Source of the DNA: Macrostomum lignano
Taxonomy: Eukaryota
Assembly (NCBI GenBank): GCA_002269645.1
Contig: NIVC01000500.1
Location: 62,001-126,000 of the forward strand
Direction: 5' to 3'
Length of the DNA: 64,000 nt
Position numbers and translations under genes: made by a program. Of this stretch, positions 30,859 to 43,403 are shown in pieces (the stretch's first letter is position 1; each line of letters starts with the position of its first letter). Under the pieces are notes generated by a model, which saw only the letters and a list, made by a program, of their open reading frames with translations, did no database searches and was not told the origin of the DNA.

Positions 30859-33800
30859 CTAGCCAATTCCAACCCCCGTTGGGGCTTTCCGTCAGAACTC
30901 CTACCAAAGTTTTCCCACGCAAAAGAAATTCACCCAACTGAACCCCCCCCATCCAAAGAATCTCTAATCCATAAAGTCCCTGATGCAAATAATCTCACGT
31001 GCAAAAAACCCTCATCCAAAGAATCCCATACAAAGAACCCCCCATCGACAGAATCCCCGATCCGAAGAATTCCCCATTCAAGGAATCTTCTATCTGTAGA
31101 ATTCCCTATTTAATGAATCGCCCATCCATAGAATCTCACATGCAAAGAATACCAATCCTTCCCGTCCCATCCCCATCCCATCCCATTGATAGAATCCCCG
31201 ATCCGAAGAATTCCCCATTCAAGGAATCCTCCCATCTGAAGAATTCCCCGTCCAATAAATCCCTTATTCAAGAAATCCCTCATCCACAGAAACCCTCTAT
31301 CCAAAGAATCCCCCCACCCATCCCTATCCAAAGAATCGCCCATCCATCCCTATCTAAACAATCCCCCATCCATCCCTATCCCAAGAATCCTCCTATTCAT
31401 CCCTATCCAAAGAATTTCCCCATCCATTCCTATCTAAATAATCACCTTAACCATCCATATCCAAAAAATTCCTTCTCCAAAAAATCCCCCCTCTAAATAA
31501 TTCACATCCTTAAATAATCCCCCATCAAAAGCATAATTGGCCAAAGAATCCAGAATCCCCTCATCTAAAGAACCCCCGTTCAAATAACCCCCATCTAAAG
31601 AATCATTCATCTAAAGAATCCCCCATTCAAAAAACCCTCAATCGAAACAATGCCCCACCGAAGAAATTGCCCAATGAATCACCTATTCAAATTTATCCAT
31701 TAGAAGCATCCCTCATCCAAAGAATCATCAATCCATAGAATTCCCCCAAGACTTAACATCTCAGCAATTTCCCCAAGCCTCGACACCTCAGAAATTTTCC
31801 CCAAGCATTGACATCTAAGCAATTCCGGCGCAAGCCTTGACATGTTACCAATTTCTCCCCGTCCAAAGCCTTGACATCTCAGTAATTCCCCTCCCCAGCC
31901 TTGATATCTCAGTAATTCTCCCAGTAAGCCTTCATATCTCAGTAATTCCTCCAGTAAGTCTTGACATCTTAGCGATTCCCCTCCCCGAGACTTAAGACCT
32001 CAGCAATTCCTTTTTAAGCCTTCACACCTCAGCAATTCCCCCACAAGCCTTGGCATCTCAGCAAGTCCCACTTAAGCCTTCACATGTCATTAATTCCCCA
32101 AGGTAAGATTTTATACATGTATCTCAATAATTCCCCTTGTAAATCTTGACATCTTAAAATTCTCTTCCGAGCAAGCATACCCCAAGAGCAAGCGTCCTTC
32201 CGATAGCAAGCAACCCCTGATAGAAAGTACCCCCAGCAAGATTAATGAAGCAATTTCCTCAGCTAGCCAATTCCAACTCCCGTTGAGGCTTTCCGTCCAA
32301 ACTCCAGCCACAGTTTTCCCACGCAATAAAATTTCACCCAACTGAATCTCCCATACAAAGAATCCCTCATCCAAAGAATACACCACCCATAAAATCCACG
32401 ATGCAAAGAATCTCACATGCAAAGAATCCGCCATCCAAAAAACCTCCCATCGATAGAATCACCGATCCGAAGAATTCCCCATTCAAGGAATTCTCCTATC
32501 TGAAGAATTGCCCATCCATAGAATCTTACATGCAGAGAATCCCCATCCAAAGAACCCCCATCGATAGAATCCCCGATCCGAAGAATCCCCCTATCCATCC
32601 CTATCAAAAAAATCCTCGGCCTCCATCCATATCAAAAAATCTCCCATCCAAAGAACCCCTATCAATAGAATCCCGGATCCAAAGAATTCCCCATTCAAGG
32701 AATTCTCCTATCTGAAGAATTTCCCATCCAATGCATTGCCCATCCATAACATCTCACATGCAAAGAATCCCCTTCAAAAGAATCCCTATTAAAAGAGTCC
32801 CTCATTCACAGAGTCCCCATCGAAAGAATCCCCCACCCATCCATATCCAAAGAATCCCCCACCCATCCATATCCAAAGAATCTCCCACCCATCCATATCC
32901 AAAGAATCCCCCTCCCATCTATATCCAAAGAATCCCCCACCCATCCATATCCAAAGAATCCCCCACCCATCCATATCCAAAGAATCCCCCACCCATCCAT
33001 ATCCAAAGAATCCCCCCCACCCATCTATATCCAAAGAATCCCCCATCCATCCCTATCGAAAAAATGCCCCTATTTATCCCTATCCAAAGAATCCTCCTAT
33101 CCATCCCCATCCATTCCTAACTAAAGAATCTCCCTCCAAAAAATCCCCATGCAAATAATCCACGTCCAAATAATCCCCATCCACAGAATCTCCATCCACA
33201 TTATCCATTGATTCTCCCATCAAAAGAATAATTGGCCAAAAATTACCCTCATCCAAAAAAACCCGTTCAAAAAACTTTACGTCCAAATAATCCCCATCAA
33301 CAGAATCCCCCATTCAAGGAATCCAAAGAAACTCCCATCCAAATAATCCGCCCATGAATAGAATTCTTGGCCAAAGAATCCCCTCATCTCCTCGAGATAT
33401 CCATTAGAAGCATCTCTCGTTCAAAGATTCCCCGATCCATAGAATTCCTCCCCAAGACTTAACATCTCAGCAATTCCCACCAAGCCCTGACACCTCAGAA
33501 ATTCACTCCAAGCCTTGACATCTCAGCAATTCACTCTTAAGCCTTGGCATCTCAGTAATTCTCTCAGTAAGCCCTTATATCTCAGTAATTCCCCCAGTGA
33601 GTCTTGACATCTCAGCAATTCCCCTCACGTCTTGATATCTCAGCAATTCCCTCTTAGCCTTGGCATCTCAGTTTAATAATTTTTTTTGAATATACTACAT
33701 GAATACTCGTAGCTTGTCTTCTACCTGATTTACCTGACGTTTTTTTAGTTTTCTTTAGCTAAAAAGTTTAAAATTATTATTTTTTAATAAAATACTTCTA

Positions 33801-35710
33801 CAATTTAAAAATTCGAACCCACGTCGCTGCATTAGCAGGTCAGTCTGTTTACCTCTAGGCTATCTCTCAATGCTTTGATAACATAAATTGTAGCACTTAC
33901 ATAATTCAACACTTTCAAAACTCCACGCACAGAGTAAATCACACGAAGCAGTTATGACATAATTTCTCAGCCAGTCTGTATCAGTTTCAAATAAAGTCAC
34001 CAATATGGTTACGCAATCTAAATCTAAATTCAATGGCGCTGGCTTGAATTGTGGAATTGCGATAAAGTAGGGGTTTGCGATATTGGAGAGCGTACAATGA
34101 GTATATAAAGTAAAATTCATAGTAATCTTCTTTTTAATGCTGTGCTTTTAATTTTTCGAATCTAAGCAAAGAAATTATTCCCGAACTCAGCGTTTCAAGC
34201 TCTTTCTAGCAATACAAGGCTCTCTTCTGAAAGTAAAAAACTCGAAGCACAAACAACGATTGAACATTCCTGCTTTAAAGCATTCAAATTCATAAGATGT
34301 ACATTCAGCGCCAGCTACAGTGAGAGGCCTGCAAGTTGATGCATTGAAATTCACAACCAAGCCAGCCCATGAATAATTGAATAGCGACACCCGCCCCTCA
34401 ATTAAAATGTGTTGCGCAACCTTTCAACGCTTGTAGCTCTCCACGCGAGTGTGGAGAACCAATGCTATAGTTGGCACTGAGTTATGATGCAATACAATTC
34501 CATCGGCCGGCAGACTGCTTCTCAATCGGAAAGAACTGTTTGAACTTTAAAAAACAGGGAGAAAATTGAGTTTTTCGAATATTTAAGCCCGAAAAAATGA
34601 AGCAATTTCTTAGCAAAATTTTGTGTACCTGCGCACCATCAATACGCATCGAATGCAGAAAACCCCACGAAATTCCGACCATGTAGAGTCAAGTTAAGCG
34701 AAGGTTCCTATAGGTACATAGTTTTGATTTTTAGTATATTGGAAGCTCTTTCTAGCAATACAAGGCTCTCTTCTGAAAGTAAAAAACTCGAAGCACAAAC
34801 AACGATTGAACATTCCTGCTTTAAAGCATTCAAATTCATAAGATGTACATTCAGCGCCAGCTACAGTGAGAGGCCTGCAAGTTGATGCATTGAAATTCAC
34901 AACCAAGCCAGCCCATGAATAATTGAATAGCGACACCCGCCCCTCAATTAAAATGTGTTGCGCAACCTTTCAACGCTTGTAGCTCTCCACGCGAGTGTGG
35001 AGAACCAATGCTATAGTTGGCACTGAGTTATGATGCAATACAATTCCATCGGCCGGCAGACTGCTTCTCAATCGGAAAGAACTGTTTGAACTTTAAAAAA
35101 CAGGGAGAAAATTGAGTTTTTCGAATATTTAAGCCCGAAATAATGAAGCAATTTCTTAGCAAAATTTTGTGTACCTGCGCACCATCAATACGCATCGAAT
35201 GCAGAAAACCCCACGAAATTCCGACCATGTAGAGTCAAGTTAAGCGAAGGTTCCTATAGGTACATAGTTTTGATTTTTAGTATATTGGATCCTATAGGTA
35301 CATAGTTTTGATTTTTAGTATATTGGAAGCATCCAGAATTTTTATTATACCCCCCCCCTTAATTGGTTACGCAAGTTAAATAGAGTAATTATCTGGGCAG
35401 TGGGGCAAAGTGAATTTTCTTATCAGTTGGCTCTGGCGCAATCATTAAAATTGGCTGTGAAGTTTCTCGCTGCGCGCAGGCTGATAAAAAAATACACTAA
35501 AAAGGCCATTTAAAACAGTTTTTCGAATATTTAATCCCCTTAGCATTGAGCTAGAGCTTAATAAAATTACATGTACCGTCCCGGGCACATTTGACATCTT
35601 TTGGCGAAGAAACGGAGAAAATCGGTTGAGCCTTTTGGGAGATAACCTGTTACATACCCACAGACAGACAGGGCCGGTGGAGGGGGGGTTGCTACTTTAG
35701 ATATATTAGA
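30859..35710 (-). mobile_element. Non-autonomous Helitron-like element 'A', copy 2 (4852 bp), nested in unit B5
   Basis: Same termini as copy 1; inserted at A|T with no TSD; the empty site is seen in paralogous units at about 38158 and 41172. Confidence 0.9.
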
Positions 35711-38700
35711 TTTAAAGAAAACAATTTATATCCCTGAAATCAGCTTTGCAAGTTCTTTCCAGCAATATAAATTTTTTCTCTCAAAGTTAAAAACTCGAGC
35801 AACAGTTTGCGTTTGAAACTTTCTGATTTAAAGCATTGAAATATCGATTGTACGTTCACTGCCTGCTAAAGAGGCCCGCAAGTTTATGCATTGAATTTCA
35901 AGGTTCAACAAAATCACAGGGCTGCCTATTGAAAATTAGAACACAAATCTTTGCGCAATTGTCTATACAGTCAGCCAGTGAGCCAGGGTCCGATTGTACA
36001 CATGCAGCCATTTAGAACGCCCCATCCCCCCACTGGAGAGAAAATACACTGCAGAGATAGGGAAAAGTTGTGGCGCAATCACTTGAAATTCATGCAAATT
36101 TTCAGCTCCAAGCAGAAAGAGGGGACAATTAAGATTATCAAAGGTCAAGACCGCCGTTTTCTGCTTTTTTGAGGATCTTAGAAATTAAAATTTCAGAATT
36201 AAAATAGCCTATAGCCGACCTCGGATAATTTCCAATCTTCCCATATAAGTTTCAACGCTGAGTTGGCACTATTCAAGGAGGAGTTGTCGAAATGACAGAC
36301 AGACAGACAGACAAACAACGCGTCAACTTTAGTATATACGAGTGGAACTCCTCCTTCGGAGGAGAAAGGGGAAGAACTCCCATCACCGGAATTCCATTCC
36401 CTGAAATATCCATCAACTGAAATTCCATGTCTTGAACCCTATCTTCCAAATCGTCTCCAAATTCTTTACAAAACCTTTCAAAGACCATAGCTCAAAGACT
36501 TTCACGTCTCTCATATTTCCTCTCTCCTCTCTTTGCAATTTTCGTGACTCTACTCTCTCTCCTCTCTCTCATCTCATCTCTACCCGTACTCCCTTATTTA
36601 TGTTTTCTCCCTCATCTTTCGTCTGTACCTTCTCTTGTCTCTTGTCTCCTCTCTTCTCTCATATCTCTCCTCTTCACTTCTGTCTCCTGTCTCCTCTCTT
36701 CTCTCTTATCTCTCCCTCTTCTCTCCTCTCTCATATGTCATCTCTACTCACTTATCTATCGTATCTCTTAACCCTCTCTCTCTCTTCTCTTTTCTCTTCT
36801 CTCTGCTCTCATTTCTCATATCTCATATACGCTCTCACACTCTACTTTCTTGTCTCCCATCTTTCTTTCCTCCTTTCCACTATCCCCTGTCTCTTCTCTT
36901 CTCTCTTTTCTGTCCTCTCCATTCTCTCTTTTCTCCTCTCCTTGCTCCTTTCTTCTTCTCCCCTCTCTTCTCTAATGTCCTATCTCTTCTCTCTTATGTT
37001 CTCACTCATCTCTTCTCATTGCATCTCTCATCTCTCCTCTCCTCACTACTTTCCTCTCTACACTCTCTCATCTCTGATCTTTCATCTCTCTCCTCTCTCC
37101 TCTCTCCTCCCATCTCTACTACCTTATTTATATCTTCTTGGTCTTTCGTCTCTACTCTCTCCTGTCTCCTTTCTCCCGTCTTTTCTCCTCTCTTCTCTCT
37201 CCCCTCCTCTCTCATCTGGACTCATCTGAAACTGGACTCCTTCGAAATCCTCTCCGTGAAACTGAGGACCATCGAAATCCTCTCCGTGAAACTGAAAACC
37301 ATCGAAATTCTTTCTTTTAAACTGAACTCAATCGAAATTTTCTCCGTCAAAAAGAATAAATATCAGGATTCATTGGTTAGGGTTATTGTTAGGGTTAGGG
37401 TTAGGGTTAGAGCTACACACAGCTGCGTGTTCAAATAAAAAATGAACCAATTGAATCAATTGATTGCGCAACCGATTTCACAGTCAGTATCAGTCTCAGT
37501 TAAAATTAACAAAAAGATTGCGCAATTTAAATCAACCCTCCTGTACACAGAGACCGACCCCTTTTCAATACGCAGTAGCAGTTAGAAATTGAACCCCCAT
37601 CTGTTGGGGGCATTGAACCAAAAAATGAGTACAATCTTTGCATAAAGCTAAAAGTATGGAAATAGTTTTTTTGATGCTGCTCTTTTAGTCTTTATATTTA
37701 TAGCAAACAATTTATATCCTCGAACTCAGCGTTGCAAGATCTTTTCAGCAGTATAAGTCTCTTCTCTTAAAGTTTAGAACTCGAAGAGCAGTTAGCGTTT
37801 GAAAGTTCCCGTTTTAAGGCATTGAAATATCGCGTGTACGTTCACTGCCTGCCAAAGAGGCTCGCAAATTTATTCATTCATTACACAGGCTGGCTATTAC
37901 ACAGGGCAGCCTATTGAAAGGCACAGATAATTAAAAAAATTGATGGCGCAACCGATTTCACAGTCAGTCAGTATCAGTCTCAGTTAAAGTTAAGAAAAAC
38001 ATTGCGCAATCTAAATCAACCCTCCAATACACAGCAGCAGTAAGAAGTTGAACCCTCCCCCCAACTTTATCTGTTACGTCTCGCAAAACTGAGTACAATT
38101 TTTGCAGAAAGTTAAAAGTATGGAAATAGTTTTTTCAATGCTGTGCTTTTTCTTTTCATATTTAAAGCAAACAATTTATATCCCTGAAATCAGCTTTGCA
38201 AGTTCTTTCCAGCAATATTAATTTTTTCTCTCAAAGTTAAAAACTCGAGCAACAGTTTGCGTTTGAAACTTTCTGATTTAAAGCATTGAAATATCAATTG
38301 TACGTTCACTGCCTGCTAAAGAGGCCCGCAAGTTTATGCATTGAATTTCAAGGTTCAACAAAATCACAGGGCTGCCTATTGAAAATTAGAACACAAATCT
38401 TTGCGCAATTGTCTATACAGTCAGCCAGTGAGCCAGGGTCCGATTGTACACAGGCAGCCATTTAGAACGCCCCATCCCCCCACTGGAGAGAAAATACACT
38501 GCAGAGATAGGGAAAAGTTGTGGCGCAATCACTTGAAATTCATGCAAATTTTCAGCTCCAAGCAGAAAGAGGGGACAATTAAGATTATCAAAGGTCAAGA
38601 CCGCCGTTTTCTGCTTTTTTGAGGATCTTAGAAATTAAAATTTCAGAATTAAAATAGCCTATAGCCGACCTCGGATAATTTCCAATCTTCCCATATAAGT

Positions 38701-40396
38701 TTCAACGCTGAGTTGGCACTATTCAAGGAGGAGTTGTCGAAATGACACACACACACACACACATACACACAGACAGACAGACAAACAACACGTCAACTTT
38801 AGTATATATAGATAGAGAGTGGAACTCCTCCTTCGGAGGAGAAAGGGGAAGAACTCCCATCACCGGAATTCTGAAGGGGAAGAACTCCTATCAGCTGAAA
38901 TTCCATGAATTGAATCCCATCTTCCAAATCATTTCCAAATCCTCTACAATCTATCAACTCCCATCTCTCATCTCTTGCGCCCTGCGCTCTGATTTTTATT
39001 TTTACTCTCTTCTTTCTCCTCACTAATTACTCCTCTTTACACTTTCATCTCTCTCATCTCTGATCTTTCATCTCCTCCTCTCCCTCCTCTCTCCCTTCTC
39101 TCGCTTCTCTCTCTCCTCTATTCCTACTCTTCTCGCTTATCTCTTCTCTCTCTTTTCTCATCTCTACTCCCTTATTTATCTCTTCTCCCTCGTCTTTCGT
39201 CTGTATCCTCTCCTGTCTACTCTCCTATCTTCTCTCTTATCTCTCCCCTTTTCTCTCCTCTCTCATATCTCATCTCTACTCACTTATCTATCGTCTCCGC
39301 TCTACTTTCTCTCTTCCCTTTTCTCTCTTCTCTCTGCTCTCATTTCTCGTATCTCTTATACGCTCTCACCCTCTCCTTTCTTATCTCCCATCTTTCTTCC
39401 CTCCTTTCTACTGCATCACCTGTCTCCTCGCCTCTCTTTTCTCTCCTCTCCATTCTCTCTTCTCTCCTCTTATCTCCCCTCATCTCTTCTCTAATCTCTA
39501 ATCTCTCCTCTCTCATATCTCTTCTCTACTCACTTATCTATTCTCTCTCCTCTGCTCCCCTTTTACACTTTCCTATATGCTCTCACTCTCACCCTCTCCT
39601 TTCTTATCTCCTGTTTTTTACACTCCTTTCTACCACCTGTCTCCTCTCGTTTCTCTCCTCTCTGCACTCTCATCTTTACCCTCTTCTTTCTCCTCACTAC
39701 TTTCTTCTCTTAAATCTCTGATCTCTGATCTTTCATCTCTCTCCTCTCACCTCTCACCTCTCTCCTCTCTTTCCTCTCTTCTATTGCCTCTGTGCGCTCT
39801 TATCCCTCTTTTCTTCTCTGTCCTGTCTCCTCTCTGCTATCTCATATCTCCTCTCTCATATCCTCTCCCTTCATCTCCTCTCTCCTCTTCTCTTCTTTCT
39901 TCCTTCGTTCCCGCCTTACTACCCTCTTCTCTCCCATCTGTCATGTCTAATCTCTCCACTCATTTCTACTCTGTTTACTATCATCTCATCTCTCTTCTCT
40001 TTTCATTCTTCTCTTTACTCTCTTCTCTGACTGATTGAAGATGCCAAATCCATCAAGATCCTCTCCGCGAAGCAGAAATCCTGTCCGTGCAACTGAAAAC
40101 CATCGAAATCCTCTCCGTGAAACTGGACTCCTTCGAAATCCTCTCCTTGAAACTTAAATCCATCAAAATAGTCTCCATAAAACAGAAATCAATCATAAAT
40201 TATCTCCGCGAAACAGAAATCCTGTCCGTACAACTGAAAACCATCGAAATCCTCTCCGTGAAACTGGACTCCTTCGAAATCCTCTCCACGAAACAGAAAT
40301 CCTCTCTGTTGAAATTAAAACATTGAAATCGTCTCCGCTATACTGGACTCAATCGAATTTTTTCCGTCAAACAACTCAACTCTCAGGATTCATTGG

Positions 40397-40424
40397 TTAG
40401 GGTTAGGGTTAGGGTTAGGGTTAG
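40397..40424 (+). repeat. Interstitial telomeric tract (TTAGGG)4TTAG within unit B7
   Basis: Read directly. Confidence 0.95.
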
Positions 40425-42360
40425 AACTACGCACAGCTTCGTGTTAAAAGGCACTGATTAAAATATTGAACTAATTGAATCAATTCATTGCGCAACCGAT
40501 TTCACAGTCAGACAGTATCAGTTTCAGTTAAAGTTAACAAAATGATTGCGCAATCTAAATCAACCCTCCAATACACAGCAGCAGTGAGAAGTTGAACCCT
40601 CCCCCCAACTTTATCTATTACGTCTCGAGAAACTGAGTACAATCTTTGCAGAAAGTAAAAGTATGGAAATAGTTTTTTAAATGCTGTGCTTTTCTTTTCA
40701 TATTTAAAGCAAAAAACTTATACCCTCGAACTCAGTGTTGCAAGATCTTTTCAGCAGTATAAGTCTCTTCTCTTAAAGTTTAGAACTCGAAGAGCAGTTA
40801 GCGTTTTAAAGTTCCCGTTTTAAAGCATTGAAACATCGAGTGTACGTTCACTGCCTACCAAAGAGGCTCGCAAGTCTATTCATTCATTACACAGGCCGGC
40901 TACTACACAGGGCAGCCTATTGAAAGGCACAGATAATAAAACAAATTGATGGCGCAACCGATTTCACAGTCAGTCAGAATCAGTCTCAGTAAAGTTAACA
41001 AAAAGATTGCGCAATCTAAATCAGCCGTCCAATACACAGCGCCCGACCCCCAATTGAATTGGCAATTGAACCCCCCAAATTTATCTCTGACCTCTCGCCA
41101 AAATGAGTACAATCTTTGCAGAAAGTTTAAAGTATGGAAATAGTTTTTGCAATGCAGAGCTTTTAGTTTTCATATTTGAAGCAAACAATTTATATCCATG
41201 AAATCAGCTTTGCAAGTTCTTTCCAGCAATATTATTTTTTCTCTCAAAGTTAAAAACTTGAGCAACAGTTTGCGTTTGAAACTTTCTGATATAAAGCATT
41301 GAAATATCAATTGTACGTTCACTGCCTGCTAAAGAGGCCCGCAAGTTTATGCATTGAATTTCAAGGTTCAACAAAACACAGGGCTGCCTATTGAAAATTA
41401 GAACACAAATCTTTGCGCAATTGTCTATACAGTCAGCCAGTGAGCCAGGGTCCGATTGTACACATGCAGCCATTTAGAACGCCCCATCCCCCCACTGGAG
41501 AGAAAATACACTGCAGAGATAGGGAAAAGTTGTGGCGCAATCACTTGAAATTCATGCAAATTTTCAGCTCCAAGCAGAAAGAGGGGACAATTAAGATTAT
41601 CAAAGGTCAAGACCGCCGTTTTCTGCTTTTTTGAGGATCTTAGAAATTAAAATTTCAGAATTAAAATAGCCTATAGCCGACCTCGGATAATTTCCAATCT
41701 TCCCATATAAGTTTCAACGCTGAGTTGGCACTATTCAAGGAGGAGTTGTCGAAATGACAGACAGACACACAGACAGACAGACAAACAACACGTCAACTTT
41801 AGTATATATAGATAGACAGAGATTAGAAGATTAGATTTCCACGTATAATACTAATTAAAATAGAAGAAAAGGAAACAATTATAAATACACCAGTTTCTCA
41901 AGTGTGTTTATTTCATGGAACAAATCAAACACAAAATAGGCAGTGGCTATACAATAAAATGCCATTTTAACATACTATGATAATTAACTAAGTTAAGATG
42001 ATGTTTTGGCGGAGCAAATAAAAGTATTGAACCCCAAAGCATGGGATACGTAACTAAGCTCAAATATGCAAGCCTTGTTTAATTTAAAGTGAACAACTTA
42101 ACTTACTTCCGATCTGGAACTCAATTATCACTAAGGAAACAACTTACGCTATGAAACGGATTCCTTTCAATGTTAAATCAGCATACAGTGGAAAACGTAT
42201 ATACAGTTAGCAATCAAATTATATTTAGGAACTCATTGATACGCTCGTATTTACTGAACAACCTACTCGTTTTGGTTACGAAACAAAAACAAATATTTCG
42301 AAATCAACTTCCGGGAGGGTGCTCACTAAAAACCTAATAACCTACTTCCAGCCTGTAACG

Positions 42361-43360
42361 CACTGAAAACCAAAACCTACTTCCGGTCGGGAACTCAGAA
42401 AGCCGAAACCTACTTCCGGTAGGGAACTCACAGAAAGCCAAAAACCTACTTCAGGTAGGGAACTCACTGAAAACAAAACCTACTTCCGGTAGGGAACTCA
42501 CAGAAAGCCAAAAACCTACTTCCAGTAGGGAACTCACAGAAAGCTAAAAGCCTATATCCGGTAGGGAACTCACAAAAAGCTAAAAGCCTACATCCGGTAG
42601 GGAACTCACTGAAAACAAAACCTACTTCCGGTAGGGAACTCACAGAAAGCCAAAAACCTACATCCGGTAGGGAACTCACAGAAAGCCAAAAACCTACATC
42701 CGGTAGGGAACTCACAGAAAGCCAAAAACCTACTTCCGGTAGGGAACTCACAGAAAGCCAAAAACCTACTTCAGGTAGGGAACTCACAGAAAGCCAAAAA
42801 CCTACATCCGGTAGGGAGCTCACAGAAAGCCAAAAGCCTACATCCGGTAGGGAACTCACAGAAAGCCAAAAACCTACATCCGGTAGGGAACTCACAGAAA
42901 GTCAAAAACCTACATCCGGTAGGGAACTCACAGAAAGCCAAAAACCTACATCCGGTAGGGAGCTCACAGAAAGCCAAAAGCCTACATCCGGTAGGGAACT
43001 CACAGAAAGCTAAAAGCCTACATCCGGTAGCATACATGCGCAACTTTGGGAATCACCCGGCCGTTTCTATTGGCAACACACACGTAAGTCGCTATTGGCT
43101 GAGAGCAGTCACGTGACTACTATTCCGATCAATAGCGACTTACATGTGTGTGTTGCCAATAGAAACGGCCGAGTGAATCCCAAGGTTGCGCCCAAGCATG
43201 TCCGGTAGGGAACTCATTGAATACCAAAAACCTACATCCGGTAGGGAACTCACTGAAAACCAATAACCTACTTCCGGTAGGGAACTCACTGAAAACCAAT
43301 AACCTACTTCCGGTAGGGAACTCGTTTAAAACGAAAAATCTACTTCCAGACAGGAACCTG
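42361..43360. repeat. 36-bp minisatellite (CCTAC[A/T]TCCGGTAGGGAACTCACAGAAAGCCAAAAA), ~23 copies, interrupted by MITE copy 2
   Basis: Period of 36 bp (42657 to 42693); no unique spacers. Confidence 0.95.
43031..43200. mobile_element. 170-bp hairpin MITE, copy 2
   Basis: TSD TCCGGTAG at 43023-43030 and 43201-43208. Confidence 0.9.
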
Positions 43361-43403
43361 CAATCAAAGTAATGAAATTTACGAATAAAATCACACTGCA
43401 TAG

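Larger units (their letters stand above)
22803..41812 (-). mobile_element. Head-to-tail array of seven Helitron/Helentron-like 'B' units (about 22803-24030, 24033-25267, 25269-26497, 26499-28360, 28365-36337 interrupted by A2, 36338-38812, 38815-41812)
   Basis: Each unit starts on the minus strand with (TCT)ATATACTAAAGTTG...(TGTC)n and ends with a CTCCTCC-GAA-GGAGGAG-type hairpin plus CTCG(T). Internal blocks are shared, for example near-identical ORF translations at 35951, 38401 and 41413. Confidence 0.75.

Noticed and set aside
23004-40424. True chromosome end or telomere
   Set aside because: Tracts are only 16-34 bp, internal, and flanked by genes on both sides.
22958-41634. Recurrent ORFs such as MVRVRVRATHSC and MRNCLYSQPVSQGP as a gene family
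   Set aside because: They arise from TTAGGG tracts and duplicated non-coding element modules; stops and frames are not conserved between units and there is no domain similarity.
42361-43360. 36-bp palindromic repeat resembling a CRISPR array
   Set aside because: Units are contiguous with no unique spacers, there are no cas genes, and the context is eukaryotic.
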